Origin: Bacteroidales bacterium
GTDB taxonomy: Bacteria; Bacteroidota; Bacteroidia; Bacteroidales; UBA932
Assembly: GCA_045641345.1 (NCBI GenBank)
Contig: JAZUGR010000031.1
Location: forward strand, 1,789 to 65,788
DNA: 64,000 nucleotides
Direction: 5' to 3'
In this document: in pieces, positions 1-9,109 of the stretch
How positions within the stretch are numbered: position 1 is the stretch's first letter
Layout: each line of letters begins with the position of its first letter
Translations under genes and position numbers: made by a program
Notes under the pieces: model-generated
Told to the model about the DNA's origin: nothing
The model's database searches: none
The model's input: only the letters and a program-made list of their open reading frames with translations

Positions 1-1271
1 ACTCTGAAGGCAAGGTGCACAAAATATGCCAGATAGATGGACTGACAACCTATGGCAGGGGCGGAAATATAGTATGCGGCAAAGAACAATACCGCCGAAA
101 TGCATACGCTGTTGCGAAGGTCGACCGAAGCGGTGGCCCCTACGAATATGCCGTCCCAGGTAAATGCCACACAGCTCAGAAGCGGCATCAGCAGCAGCCA
201 GAACAGATAGGGTTCGCACCCGGCGAGCACCTGGGGATCGTTGGTCACCAGGCGGAGCATCGGACGGGGGAACACGGCATACGCCACGGTGGAGAGAACC
301 GTTATCACGGCCACCCAGAAGAAGACTATGCGGACGGTGCGGCGGAGCATCGGAGCGTTCTTCTCTCCGATAAACCTGCCCGAGAGGGCTTCGCCCGCGA
401 AGGCGAACCCGTCGAGGAAGTATGAATACAGCATGAACATCTTCATCATCACGGAGGCCACGGCAAGATTCACGTCACCGTAGCGGGCCGCGAAGACCGT
501 GAAGAATACATATAGTATGTTAAGACTGAAGGCTCTCACGAACAAGTCCCCGTTGACCTTGAAGAATTCCTTTATGTACCGCCACTTTATGCTTCTCGAA
601 ACGGATATCAGGCGGATGTGCCGGCGATAGACGGCCAGAAGCAGCACGGCGGCCACCATAAGCCCCGTCCATTGGGCCACGAGGGTGCCGAAAGCCACGC
701 CGCGGATGCCGAGCCCGGTGTGGAAGGTGAGCCACCATCCGGCAAGCATATTGACAATATTGACCCATATGTCGACAATCATTGCCAGCACGGTGTTCTG
801 CATGCCGATGAACCACCCCTTGAACACAAAGAGCCACAGGGTTGCCGGAACGGCCCATATCCGGATGAAGAAATATTCCCTGGCTATCGCGGCCACTGCC
901 GGAGAGCACCCCACAACCCTGAGGGCCACCTCAACGTAGAAACTCTGTATCAGCAGGCATATCAGGGCCGCCCCCAATGCGGTGACCGAGCCTCTTGCAA
1001 ACGTATCGGCCGCCGCCTCGTCGTCCTTTCTGCCGAAGGCCTGCGCCGTAAGGCCCCCCGTACCCATACGGAGAAATCCCATGTTCCAGTAAAGGAAGTC
1101 GAACAGCAGGGTCCCTATTGCAATGCCGCCCATCGACACGGCATCGCCTATGTGCCCGGCTATGGCCAGATCGACGATACCCACCAGAGGCACGGTGATG
1201 TTGGCCAGGATGCTGGGGCCCGCCAGGGAGAGAACGTGCCGGTTGAGGCTGCCTTTTATTGCATCAGCCAT
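1..1271 (-). CDS. MATE family efflux transporter, C-terminus cut by window edge
   Basis: Absent from the ORF track because there is no stop in the window. Manual reverse translation from ATG 1271-1269 gives an uninterrupted 423-codon frame (MADAIKGSLNRHVLSLAGPSILANITVPLVGIVDLAIAGHIGD...GGLTAQAFGRKD...). It has the multi-TM hydrophobic pattern typical of MATE/DinF-like pumps. The + strand ORFs here are fragmented and R/G/P-rich, i.e. antisense artefacts. Confidence 0.8.
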   Translation of the reverse strand, partial: MADAIKGSLNRHVLSLAGPSILANITVPLVGIVDLAIAGHIGDAVSMGGIAIGTLLFDFLYWNMGFLRMGTGGLTAQAFGRKDDEAAADTFARGSVTALGAALICLLIQSFYVEVALRVVGCSPAVAAIAREYFFIRIWAVPATLWLFVFKGWFIGMQNTVLAMIVDIWVNIVNMLAGWWLTFHTGLGIRGVAFGTLVAQWTGLMVAAVLLLAVYRRHIRLISVSRSIKWRYIKEFFKVNGDLFVRAFSLNILYVFFTVFAARYGDVNLAVASVMMKMFMLYSYFLDGFAFAGEALSGRFIGEKNAPMLRRTVRIVFFWVAVITVLSTVAYAVFPRPMLRLVTNDPQVLAGCEPYLFWLLLMPLLSCVAFTWDGIFVGATASVDLRNSVCISAVLFFAAYYISAPAIGCQSIYLAYFVHLAFR

Positions 1272-1273
1272 AA

Positions 1274-2215
1274 CTACCTGTATTTTGAATCCTCCTCGAG
1301 CATTCCCAGATATGAGTTGTAGCGCTCCGGGGATATGACACCCTCCTCCACCGCCTGCTTTACCGCGCATCCCGGTTCATGGGTGTGGGTGCAGGGCTTG
1401 AAGCGGCACTGCGGCATTACCTTCAGCATCTCGGGAAACCAGGTGCTCAGTTCCTCGTTCGGGAGGTCCACTATGCCGAAGCCCCGGAGGCCGGGAGTGT
1501 CTATCACGAAGCCGCCTCCGGCAAGGGGGTGCATTTCATAGAAGGTGGTGGTATGCTTTCCCTGCAGGTGGGATAGGGATATTTCGGCCGTTCGCAGCTC
1601 AAGTGAAGGATCCAGCGCCTTTATGAGCGAGCTCTTGCCCACTCCAGAGGGGCCGGAGAACAGGGAGATCCCTTCGCGGCACAGACTCCGCAGGGCGTCG
1701 ATTCCCTCGCCGGTGCGTGCCGAAGTTTCCATCATTTCGTATCCGGCCTTGCCGTAGATGGACTCGAAGGCATCACGCGCCTCCGAGATGGAAGGATCTT
1801 CGATATCTGTCTTGTTGATCACTATCGTGACCGGTACGCCATAGGCCCGGCAGGTTACCAGAAAGCGGTCGATGAACTCCGGCTTGACCTGCGGGAAAGC
1901 CACCGTGACCACAAGCAGCGCCCTGTCGAGGTTGGCTGCGATTATGTGGTTTTCGCGGGAGAGATTGGTTGAGCGGCGCACCACGCAATTGGCCCGCGGC
2001 AGGATTTCGTCGATGGTGGCGATGCTCTCTGAAGAGGCGCCCTCCAGGCTGTAATGCACCCTGTCGCCCACAGCCACCGGATTGGTGGAGGCAGAGCCGG
2101 AGAGCCGTACCCTGCCGCGGATCACGGCCGGGAACGGGTCCCACTCGGGAAGAGCCGAAAGCAGATAATGGCTCCCCGTATGCTTTACAACTGTGGCTTC
2201 GCCGCTCTGTTTCAT
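1274..2215 (-). CDS. rsgA: Ribosome small-subunit-dependent GTPase A
   Basis: 313 aa. P-loop GPSGVGKSSLI and C-terminal zinc knuckle CRFKPCTHTHEPGCAV, characteristic of RsgA/YjeQ. Confidence 0.9.
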   Translation of the reverse strand: MKQSGEATVVKHTGSHYLLSALPEWDPFPAVIRGRVRLSGSASTNPVAVGDRVHYSLEGASSESIATIDEILPRANCVVRRSTNLSRENHIIAANLDRALLVVTVAFPQVKPEFIDRFLVTCRAYGVPVTIVINKTDIEDPSISEARDAFESIYGKAGYEMMETSARTGEGIDALRSLCREGISLFSGPSGVGKSSLIKALDPSLELRTAEISLSHLQGKHTTTFYEMHPLAGGGFVIDTPGLRGFGIVDLPNEELSTWFPEMLKVMPQCRFKPCTHTHEPGCAVKQAVEEGVISPERYNSYLGMLEEDSKYR

Positions 2216-2285
2216 TGCGATGGCAAAGATAGCGAAATTTAACGGAGGGTTTTGCGGCCGCCTGCAGGAAAAATTAAAAAAAGAC

Positions 2286-2293
2286 TATCTTTG
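2286..2293 (+). promoter_or_regulatory. Candidate Bacteroidetes sigma-A -7 box
   Basis: TATCTTTG matches TAnnTTTG and lies 19 nt upstream of ATG 2313. Confidence 0.4.
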
Positions 2294-2312
2294 CAGTCCT
2301 AAAATCTGTTTT

Positions 2313-3287
2313 ATGTTCCAGCAGGAGTTAATCAATGAGATTGTGGAAAAGGGGTTGATGTCGTTGGATTGGACAATGCAGCCCCAGAGCCTCTACGAGC
2401 CGGTGGAGTATATGCTGAGCATCGGCGGCAAGCATATCCGCCCGAAGCTGTGCCTCACATCCTACAATCTTTTCAGCGACAATATTCCGCAGAATGTGAT
2501 ATGGCCCGCACTCGCTCTCGAGGTGTTCCATCAGTTCACCCTGCTTCACGACGACATAATGGACCGTTCCGACACCCGAAGAGGCCACCCTACGGTACAT
2601 TGCAAGTGGGATGAAAACACCGCAATCCTCTCCGGCGACGTAATGTCGATCATGGCCTACAAATATCTTTCCCAGGGTCCGGCCGACAAGCTTCCGGCTC
2701 TGCTCCGTCTTTTCAACGACATGGCGGCCGACATTTGCGAAGGGCAGCAGAAAGACATGGACTTCGAGAAACTGCCGTTTATCACGATGGCCGACTATAT
2801 CGATATGATAAGCCTCAAGACGGGCGCCCTGATTGCCTCAAGCGCCTGTATGGGAGCATTGCTCGCAGGGCAGGACGAGGCCACCTGCAAGGCCTTGTAT
2901 GATTTCGGGATGAACGTCGGAATAGCCTTCCAGATAACCGACGACTACCTCGACACCTTCGGAGATGCCAGAATCTTCGGCAAGCCGATAGGGGGTGACA
3001 TAGTCAACGGCAAGAAGACCTGGCTGCTGGTCGAAACCCTGCACCGCAGCGTGTCGGAGGCGCAGAAGGCCAATCTCGAGGCCATAATGTCGATGACCGG
3101 GAATGAAGAGAAGATAGAGGCGATGACGGCTCTCTACACCGACCTCGGAGTGAAAGACGATGCCGAAAAGGCGATAACCAGATATTACGACAGCGCGATG
3201 GAAGCCCTTGACAGGGCCCACCTCACCGACGAGGGCCGGGAGAGGCTCGCCGATTTTGCCGGAGCATTGGCCCACCGTGAAAAATAA
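2313..3287 (+). CDS. Polyprenyl diphosphate synthase (trans-isoprenyl diphosphate synthase family)
   Basis: Track ORF 2193..3287 trimmed to ATG 2313 (MFQQELINEIV) because the -7 box lies inside the longer ORF. Two Asp-rich motifs are present: LLHDDIMD and ITDDYLD. Confidence 0.85.
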   Translation: MFQQELINEIVEKGLMSLDWTMQPQSLYEPVEYMLSIGGKHIRPKLCLTSYNLFSDNIPQNVIWPALALEVFHQFTLLHDDIMDRSDTRRGHPTVHCKWDENTAILSGDVMSIMAYKYLSQGPADKLPALLRLFNDMAADICEGQQKDMDFEKLPFITMADYIDMISLKTGALIASSACMGALLAGQDEATCKALYDFGMNVGIAFQITDDYLDTFGDARIFGKPIGGDIVNGKKTWLLVETLHRSVSEAQKANLEAIMSMTGNEEKIEAMTALYTDLGVKDDAEKAITRYYDSAMEALDRAHLTDEGRERLADFAGALAHREK

Positions 3288-4512
3288 TCTTGAGATAATG
3301 GCCCCGGCGGGCAACTTCGAGTGCCTGCAAGCCGCCATACAGGGCGGTGCCGATGCCGTATATTTCGGAGTGGGCAAACTCAACATGCGGAGTCATTCGG
3401 CAAACAACTTCGCCGTGGAAGACCTTCCCCAGGTGTGCCGGATATGCCGCGAGGCTGGAATCAAGTCGTATCTCACCCTCAACATAGTATTGTACGACGA
3501 AGACCTGGAGCCGATGCGCCAGGTAGTCCTCGCCGCCAAGCAGGCCGGCATAACGGCCATCATCGCCTCGGATATGGCGGCCATTTCCTTCTGCCGGCAG
3601 CAGGGCGTGGAAGTGCATATCTCCACCCAATTGAGCATATCCAACCTCGAAAGCCTGCGGTTCTACTCGCAGTGGGCCGACGTGATAGTGCTGGCAAGGG
3701 AACTGAATCTCAATCAGGTCAGGGAAATCAGCCGTGCCATACGCGAAGAGGGCATCAAGGGGCCCTCGGGCAACCTTCTCCAGATAGAGATGTTCTGCCA
3801 CGGAGCCCTCTGCATGGCCATTTCGGGCAAGTGCTACCTTTCGCTCCACGAGTACAATGCCTCGGCAAACCGGGGCAGCTGCTATCAGCTATGCCGGCGG
3901 GGATATGAGGTCACAGACCTCGAAACCGGTATGCAGCTGAACATCGACAACAAATACATAATGTCGCCCAAGGACCTATGCACCATAGAGTTCATCGACA
4001 AAATCGTGGATGCCGGGGTTACAGTATTCAAGATAGAGGGGCGCGCCCGCTCCAGCGAATATGTCAAGACCGTCACACGCGCTTATCGTGACGCGGCGGA
4101 TGCCGTACTTGAGGGGACCTTCTCGAGCGAATTGGCTGCCGGACTCAAGGAGAAACTCGCCACCGTATTCAACCGCGGATTCTGGGACGGATACTATCAG
4201 GGAGCCCGGCTTGGGCAGTGGAGCGATGCCTACGGCAACAAGGCCACGCGGACCAAGACCTATCTGGGCAAGGTGACCAACTGGTTCAGCAAACTTCAGG
4301 TTGCCGAAATCACAATGGAGACAGGGTCTTTCAAGATTGGCGACACGCTCATAATATCGGGCCCGACCACCGGAGTTGCAGAAACCGCAATAACGGAAAT
4401 ACGGCTCGACAGCGGAGTGGTGGAAAAAGCGCAGAAAGGCGATGTGTGCAGCATTCCGATCCCCTCTTCGGGCAAGGTGCGCAAGGGCGACAAGGTATTT
4501 CTCTTCGCCTGA
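3277..4512 (+). CDS. Peptidase U32 family protein (collagenase-like)
   Basis: GTG 3277 gives (M)KNNLEIMAPAGNFE, matching the usual U32 N-terminus (xxELLAPAGN). The alternative start is ATG 3298. U32 signature-like block EMFCHGALCMAISGKCYLS. The track start at 3208 is a read-through extension into the upstream gene. Confidence 0.85.
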   Translation: MKNNLEIMAPAGNFECLQAAIQGGADAVYFGVGKLNMRSHSANNFAVEDLPQVCRICREAGIKSYLTLNIVLYDEDLEPMRQVVLAAKQAGITAIIASDMAAISFCRQQGVEVHISTQLSISNLESLRFYSQWADVIVLARELNLNQVREISRAIREEGIKGPSGNLLQIEMFCHGALCMAISGKCYLSLHEYNASANRGSCYQLCRRGYEVTDLETGMQLNIDNKYIMSPKDLCTIEFIDKIVDAGVTVFKIEGRARSSEYVKTVTRAYRDAADAVLEGTFSSELAAGLKEKLATVFNRGFWDGYYQGARLGQWSDAYGNKATRTKTYLGKVTNWFSKLQVAEITMETGSFKIGDTLIISGPTTGVAETAITEIRLDSGVVEKAQKGDVCSIPIPSSGKVRKGDKVFLFA

Positions 4513-4514
4513 TT

Positions 4515-6362
4515 CTAATTCACCTTTATCACTCTTACCAGGGTTTCCTTGCGTATCACCCGGCCGGAAGCCGAGCCGTTACGCAGTTCCACCTCAGCCC
4601 TGACGGTATGCCTGCCGCCCGTGAGGATAACGGAGTGGACTTCGTTGTCAAGCTGCCTGCCGTCGAAATACCATACCGTAAACGGATACGAATTGACTCC
4701 GGAGATTCTCAAATCCAGCACGTCACCTGCCTTGTAGCCATCCTTGCTGATGTCTATTACCGGAAAGTCGAATGCGCTCACCTCGTCGACGATTGCTTCC
4801 GATTTGCGGTTGAGATAATATGGGTCAGCCTTGATGGGTGTCCATTTGCCTCCTTCCTCCCTGTAGCAGCACACAAGCTTGTCGCCGAGGACAACTTCTG
4901 ATGTAATCCTGCACTCCAACGTCATAGGACTCGTATAATAGCACCCCGATGCAAGGGTGGTGAACCGCGTGGAATCATAAACTTCCTTGATTTCTCCGTT
5001 GCCATCGACAAGGGCTGGAGCATATTTCAGGCGGGCAGACCCCATATCTGTTCCGGGCACGATACCGATATTGTCGTTGTAGATGTCGCCGGCCGAGGCG
5101 GTGACCGTGTTGCCGCGGGCTATCTTGCCGGTGACGGAAAAGCCACCCTTCCCGGTCTGGTTGATATACGTTATTTTTATTACCGGGTGCCCTCCGGCAT
5201 AGGGTCGGATTCCGACGGTGGCATTCTGCCGGTAGTTGAAGTAGAAGTCCTCGCCGGGTTCAAGGGCATGTAGGCGGAAAAACCCGTTGTCCTTTCCCGA
5301 CCAGCCCCAGTTTATATGGAAGTACTCATTCGTGCCATAGCCGTCGATTACGAATTCGTGCCCGCCATTTTCGCTCGAGCCCGAATAGCACAGGGGACGG
5401 CCGCCGTCGATTTCGGAGCGGAGCATATCGGCCCATTCTTTGTATTTCATCGCATCCCGGTCGATACAGACCGCCGTGGAGTCATACGACATATATTTTA
5501 CCAGAAGCGGGGCGACATCCTCACAGAAGGCGCCCGTACCGGCACTTTCGTCTTCAACGCCGTTATAGGAAGAGCGCAGCATCACGCCCAGGTCGAACAG
5601 GAGCGAGGATACGGCATCGGCTTCCTCCTGTGAAGGCGAAATTCCGTAATAGCTGTCGCGCATCGCCGACCAGTTGTAAACCGCCGAAAGGGTGTGTCCT
5701 TCCTGGGTGCGCCGGTTCCCCATATCGGTCCTGTATTCATAGTCGGGCAGTGTCCCGCTTGCCCCCTTGGGCCATTGATGGAATTTCATTATTTCACCCA
5801 TCGCGGTGGCCACACAGCCTGTCACCGACTGCTGCCCGTCAACTTCGGGGCACTTGTCGTTGAACGGCGCCCCCTGATCCCACCTCGGCGTCTTGAGATT
5901 CTTCAATACGATATAATCCTCTCCTGATTCGCCTCTCGAAGTGACACTCTCCCAAAGCCGTGCTACGGCCTCGACGGCCTTGATTCCGTTGCGGCGGATA
6001 TATTCCATCTGATCGGCGTAACCCTTGAACCATCCTCTGACATTCGACGGCATATCTTCACACGAGAAAGAGCCCTCGTCGGAAAAGCCCAGGACGGGAG
6101 CGGCCGCGTCATCGCCGGAAATCACCACGAATCCCCCGCCATCGATGTTGAATACGTAAAACGGAGGCTGCGAAGAAGACCTTGTGGAAGAATCGGTGCC
6201 GTCCCATACAAGAGAGACCTTGCCGCCTCCCCTGGTACCGGATGACGAAAATGCCGAGGCGGCCCTGCGCGCCGTTTCTTCCGACACATTGAGGGCAAGG
6301 GCACAGACTGCCTGCAGCAGCAGGGCAACCAGAAGCGTTGTCTTTTTCATAAGGCCGTTCAT
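4515..6362 (-). CDS. Peptidase C10 (streptopain/SpeB-like) cysteine protease with N-terminal pro-domain and about 200-aa C-terminal beta-rich extension
   Basis: Signal peptide MKKTTLLVALLLQAVCALA. Pro-domain block PPFYVFNIDGGGFVVISGDDAAAPVLGFS. Catalytic Cys context QSVTGCVATAMGEIMKF and His context GGHEFVIDGYG. The start overlaps the upstream stop (ATGA); the alternative start is ATG 6350. Confidence 0.8.
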   Translation of the reverse strand: MNGLMKKTTLLVALLLQAVCALALNVSEETARRAASAFSSSGTRGGGKVSLVWDGTDSSTRSSSQPPFYVFNIDGGGFVVISGDDAAAPVLGFSDEGSFSCEDMPSNVRGWFKGYADQMEYIRRNGIKAVEAVARLWESVTSRGESGEDYIVLKNLKTPRWDQGAPFNDKCPEVDGQQSVTGCVATAMGEIMKFHQWPKGASGTLPDYEYRTDMGNRRTQEGHTLSAVYNWSAMRDSYYGISPSQEEADAVSSLLFDLGVMLRSSYNGVEDESAGTGAFCEDVAPLLVKYMSYDSTAVCIDRDAMKYKEWADMLRSEIDGGRPLCYSGSSENGGHEFVIDGYGTNEYFHINWGWSGKDNGFFRLHALEPGEDFYFNYRQNATVGIRPYAGGHPVIKITYINQTGKGGFSVTGKIARGNTVTASAGDIYNDNIGIVPGTDMGSARLKYAPALVDGNGEIKEVYDSTRFTTLASGCYYTSPMTLECRITSEVVLGDKLVCCYREEGGKWTPIKADPYYLNRKSEAIVDEVSAFDFPVIDISKDGYKAGDVLDLRISGVNSYPFTVWYFDGRQLDNEVHSVILTGGRHTVRAEVELRNGSASGRVIRKETLVRVIKVN

Positions 6363-6817
6363 TTGACCACCACTATGTATCCGATTTTATGGTCGGCGTC
6401 CACTATCCAGCATCTGTCGGACGAAACCTTGATGCAGGTTCCGTTCCCTTCGCCGGAAGATGGTATCTTGGAAGTCCCCGCACAAACCGTTCTGATGGTG
6501 CAGTTGTCCCCCTCCTCAAGGGCCGAGGTGACACCGACGCGGAAAGCCTTTCCGGCATCCATATCGGTAACTCCGCAATAATCCATTCCGGATAATGAAT
6601 AATACGAGTATTGGTTCCTGCCTTCGCTGTATGCCACTATGGGCTGAACGCTCGTACCCGACATATCGTACGCTCCGGGAGCAGTCATCTCCTTCAGCTG
6701 GTCCTCGACCGGAGGTTCCTCGGGGCCGGGGTCGACGGATGAAGCACAACCGAACGGCGCCAAGCTGCAGAGCACCGCCACCAGGGCGTGAATCAAACGT
6801 TTTCTTCCTGCATCCAT
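6359..6817 (-). CDS. Small lipoprotein of unknown function (candidate protease inhibitor)
   Basis: 152 aa. The n-region RKR, hydrophobic core and lipobox APFGC give a SPII lipoprotein signal. The mature part is beta-rich with 5 further Cys. It overlaps the S41 gene by 25 nt and the C10 gene by 4 nt. Confidence 0.6.
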   Translation of the reverse strand: MDAGRKRLIHALVAVLCSLAPFGCASSVDPGPEEPPVEDQLKEMTAPGAYDMSGTSVQPIVAYSEGRNQYSYYSLSGMDYCGVTDMDAGKAFRVGVTSALEEGDNCTIRTVCAGTSKIPSSGEGNGTCIKVSSDRCWIVDADHKIGYIVVVK

Positions 6818-8424
6818 TTGTCGAGAGCCTTGTCCATCTGAGTGTCGCGGCGCAGCATTATTATGCTGGCTGCGGGGGTGTAATGATATTTGATGACTAT
6901 GTTTTCTTCGATAAGGTTGACCAGCTCGTCCTTTTTCATACGGAGCATCGTTTTCTTGTCAACCTTGATCTTCGCTTCAAGAGCCTCTATCTCCGCCTTG
7001 TACTCGTCAAAAAGGTAATCCTTGCGGGCGGCTTTCTTCAGGTCGTCAAGCACGGCCTCCGCACCGCTGCGGGCATCGAAATCCTGTGCGGCGGCATACT
7101 CCACGAAGTCTTCGAATTCGGCATCGGAAAGATGGAATTCCTCCGGAGCGGGGATGGATTTGTGCTTTTTATAATATTCAATCGAATAGTCCCCTATTAT
7201 TCCGGCATAGACCATAGCGATTACAGGACGGCTGTAGACGTGCGCATCGCTCTCTATGTCGGGGGTTATTCCGCCTCCGTCATACACGGTACGTCCCTTT
7301 GCCGTCTTGAACTGATGCCTCAACGAATCCGGAACATATCCCACACTGCCGTCTTCGTTGCGGTGGCTGTAATCTATGGCCTGAACGCAACGCCCGCTGG
7401 GAGTGTAATACTTGCCTGTGGTTACCTTGACCTTGCCGTCGTAGGGCACCGGAAGGACCGACTGTATGAGACCCTTGCCGAATGTGCGCTTGCCGGCGAT
7501 GGTTGCCCTGTCGAGATCCTGAAGGGCCCCCGAAAAGATTTCAGAAGCCGAGGCGCTTGCGCTGTTGACCATAACCAGAATGGGGATTGAAGTGTCCACC
7601 GGCTCGGCGTGAGTGTAGTACTGCTTGTTCATCTGGGGACTGCGGCCGCGTGACGACATCACCAGAGTGCCCTTGGGCACAAACAGCGAAACCATATTCA
7701 CGGCCTCGTCCATAATGCCGCCTCCGTTGTCGCGGAGGTCGATGACAAGCCTCTTCATACCCCGCTCCTTCAACGAGAGGAATGCCGCCTTGAACTCTTC
7801 GGCCACCTTGTCGGTAAATCCGTTGACGGCAATATAGCCGATGGAATCCCTGATAATTCCTGCATATTCGACGCTCGGCACGTGGATGCGCTCCCTGACA
7901 GGAGAGATTTCAACCGTATCGCGGCTCCTCCCTTTGCATACCTTGAACACCACTTTGGTGTCGGGCTGGCCCTTCATCCGCGAAGAAGCCGAATCGGAGG
8001 TTTCGCCTATCACCGACTTGCCGTCGATGGCCCATATCTCATCGCCGGGCTCAAGCCCGTATTTCACGGCGGGGGTGTTGGCATAGGGCTCGTAGATTAT
8101 CACAGGCCCGTCCACTTTCTTGCGGATCATCGCTCCTATACCGCCATAATTGCCGGTGGTCATCAACTCGAAGCCTTCCTCCTCCGACTCCCTGATATAG
8201 TTGGTATAGGGGTCAAGCGTGGCAAGCATCGCGTCGATACCCTCCGGAATGATTTTGTCAAAATCGACGGTATCCACATAGAGGGCCGCCACATTACGCA
8301 ACACGGCGTGCTGGATGTCCAGATTCTTAGCCAGATTGAAGTTGTTGGACTGGGCGGCCGCTCCGATGCCGGAGAGGAGTACAAACGGGGCGATGAGCCC
8401 TTTCAACAAAATATTCTTCGTCAT
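6793..8424 (-). CDS. S41 family C-terminal processing peptidase
   Basis: 543 aa with a signal peptide. PDZ-like GLEPGDEIWAIDGKSV, plus the S41 blocks DLRDNGGG, NSASASASEIFSGALQD and GKRTFGKG. Confidence 0.9.
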   Translation of the reverse strand: MTKNILLKGLIAPFVLLSGIGAAAQSNNFNLAKNLDIQHAVLRNVAALYVDTVDFDKIIPEGIDAMLATLDPYTNYIRESEEEGFELMTTGNYGGIGAMIRKKVDGPVIIYEPYANTPAVKYGLEPGDEIWAIDGKSVIGETSDSASSRMKGQPDTKVVFKVCKGRSRDTVEISPVRERIHVPSVEYAGIIRDSIGYIAVNGFTDKVAEEFKAAFLSLKERGMKRLVIDLRDNGGGIMDEAVNMVSLFVPKGTLVMSSRGRSPQMNKQYYTHAEPVDTSIPILVMVNSASASASEIFSGALQDLDRATIAGKRTFGKGLIQSVLPVPYDGKVKVTTGKYYTPSGRCVQAIDYSHRNEDGSVGYVPDSLRHQFKTAKGRTVYDGGGITPDIESDAHVYSRPVIAMVYAGIIGDYSIEYYKKHKSIPAPEEFHLSDAEFEDFVEYAAAQDFDARSGAEAVLDDLKKAARKDYLFDEYKAEIEALEAKIKVDKKTMLRMKKDELVNLIEENIVIKYHYTPAASIIMLRRDTQMDKALDKWMQEENV

Positions 8425-8444
8425 TTCCTTCGTATAATAACCTA

Positions 8445-8452
8445 CAAATTTA
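8445..8452 (-). promoter_or_regulatory. Candidate -7 box for the S41/lipoprotein/C10 operon
   Basis: The minus strand reads TAAATTTG, 20 nt upstream of ATG 8424. Confidence 0.4.
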
Positions 8453-8472
8453 CATATTTCTGCGAATTGTCC

Positions 8473-8480
8473 TATCTTTG
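8473..8480 (+). promoter_or_regulatory. Candidate -7 box for rdgB-recO
   Basis: TATCTTTG, 35 nt upstream of ATG 8516. Confidence 0.4.
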
Positions 8481-8515
8481 GGCAAAATCCGGACCATTCA
8501 CGACAGGTTCATACC

Positions 8516-9109
8516 ATGGAGATAATTTTTGCATCCGCCAACAGGCACAAGATAGAGGAAGCCCGCGAAATCCTCGGCCCTTCCTTCACCATAATCAGCC
8601 CGGCAGACCTCGGATTCCGGGGAGATATTCCGGAAACCCACGAAACCATTCGCGAAAATTCCGAAGAAAAGGCGAGGTTCGTCTGGAATCTTTTCCACAA
8701 ACCCTGCTTCGCCGACGACACGGGGCTGGAGGTGGATGCCCTCGGGGGCGAGCCGGGAGTCTATTCGGCCCGTTACGCAGGAGAGCCGAAAGACCCCGCA
8801 CGCAACGTGGCGAAACTCCTCTCCAGAATGAAGGATGTCCCCGACGGGAAACGCTCCGCCAGATTCCGCTGCGTGGTAACGTATATCGACCCGCAGGGGC
8901 GACTTACGGCATTCAACGGCATCTGCGAGGGGAGGATAAACCACGCTCCGGTCATCGAGGGGGGCTTCGGATATGACCCCGTGTTCATCCCGGAGGGTTT
9001 CAGCGTAACAATGTCGGAAATGACGATGGAGGAGAAAAACGCCATCTCCCACAGGGGGAAGGCAATGGATGCACTTGTATGCCACTTGTCTCAAAATCGA
9101 GAGCGATAG
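8516..9109 (+). CDS. rdgB: Non-canonical purine NTP pyrophosphatase (RdgB/HAM1 family)
   Basis: 197 aa. N-terminus MEIIFASANRHKIEEAREIL and the blocks FADDTGLEVDALGGEPGVYSARY and GFGYDPVF are typical of RdgB. Confidence 0.9.
   Translation: MEIIFASANRHKIEEAREILGPSFTIISPADLGFRGDIPETHETIRENSEEKARFVWNLFHKPCFADDTGLEVDALGGEPGVYSARYAGEPKDPARNVAKLLSRMKDVPDGKRSARFRCVVTYIDPQGRLTAFNGICEGRINHAPVIEGGFGYDPVFIPEGFSVTMSEMTMEEKNAISHRGKAMDALVCHLSQNRER

Noticed and set aside
2193-2312. N-terminal extensions in the ORF track. Examples: 2193 for the polyprenyl synthase, 3208 for U32, 26361 for lptE, 27163 for the lipoprotein, 31739 for transketolase-C, 36735 for gene A, 46118 for sufS, 53357 for the S58 peptidase, 18982 for the amidohydrolase, and the TTG/GTG starts at 19044, 33355, 55642 and 61299.
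   Set aside because: The extensions overlap upstream genes or promoter boxes and encode junk-like sequence. Each is followed by an internal ATG that starts a canonical signal peptide or a conserved family N-terminus, so I used the internal starts.
4515-4760. Possible type IX secretion C-terminal sorting domain at the end of the C10 protease (…GGRHTVRAEVELRNGSASGRVIRKETLVRVIKVN).
   Set aside because: It has a beta-strand-rich ending, but I cannot recognise the conserved CTD motifs with confidence. No T9SS genes are in the window. A TIGR04183 HMM test is needed.
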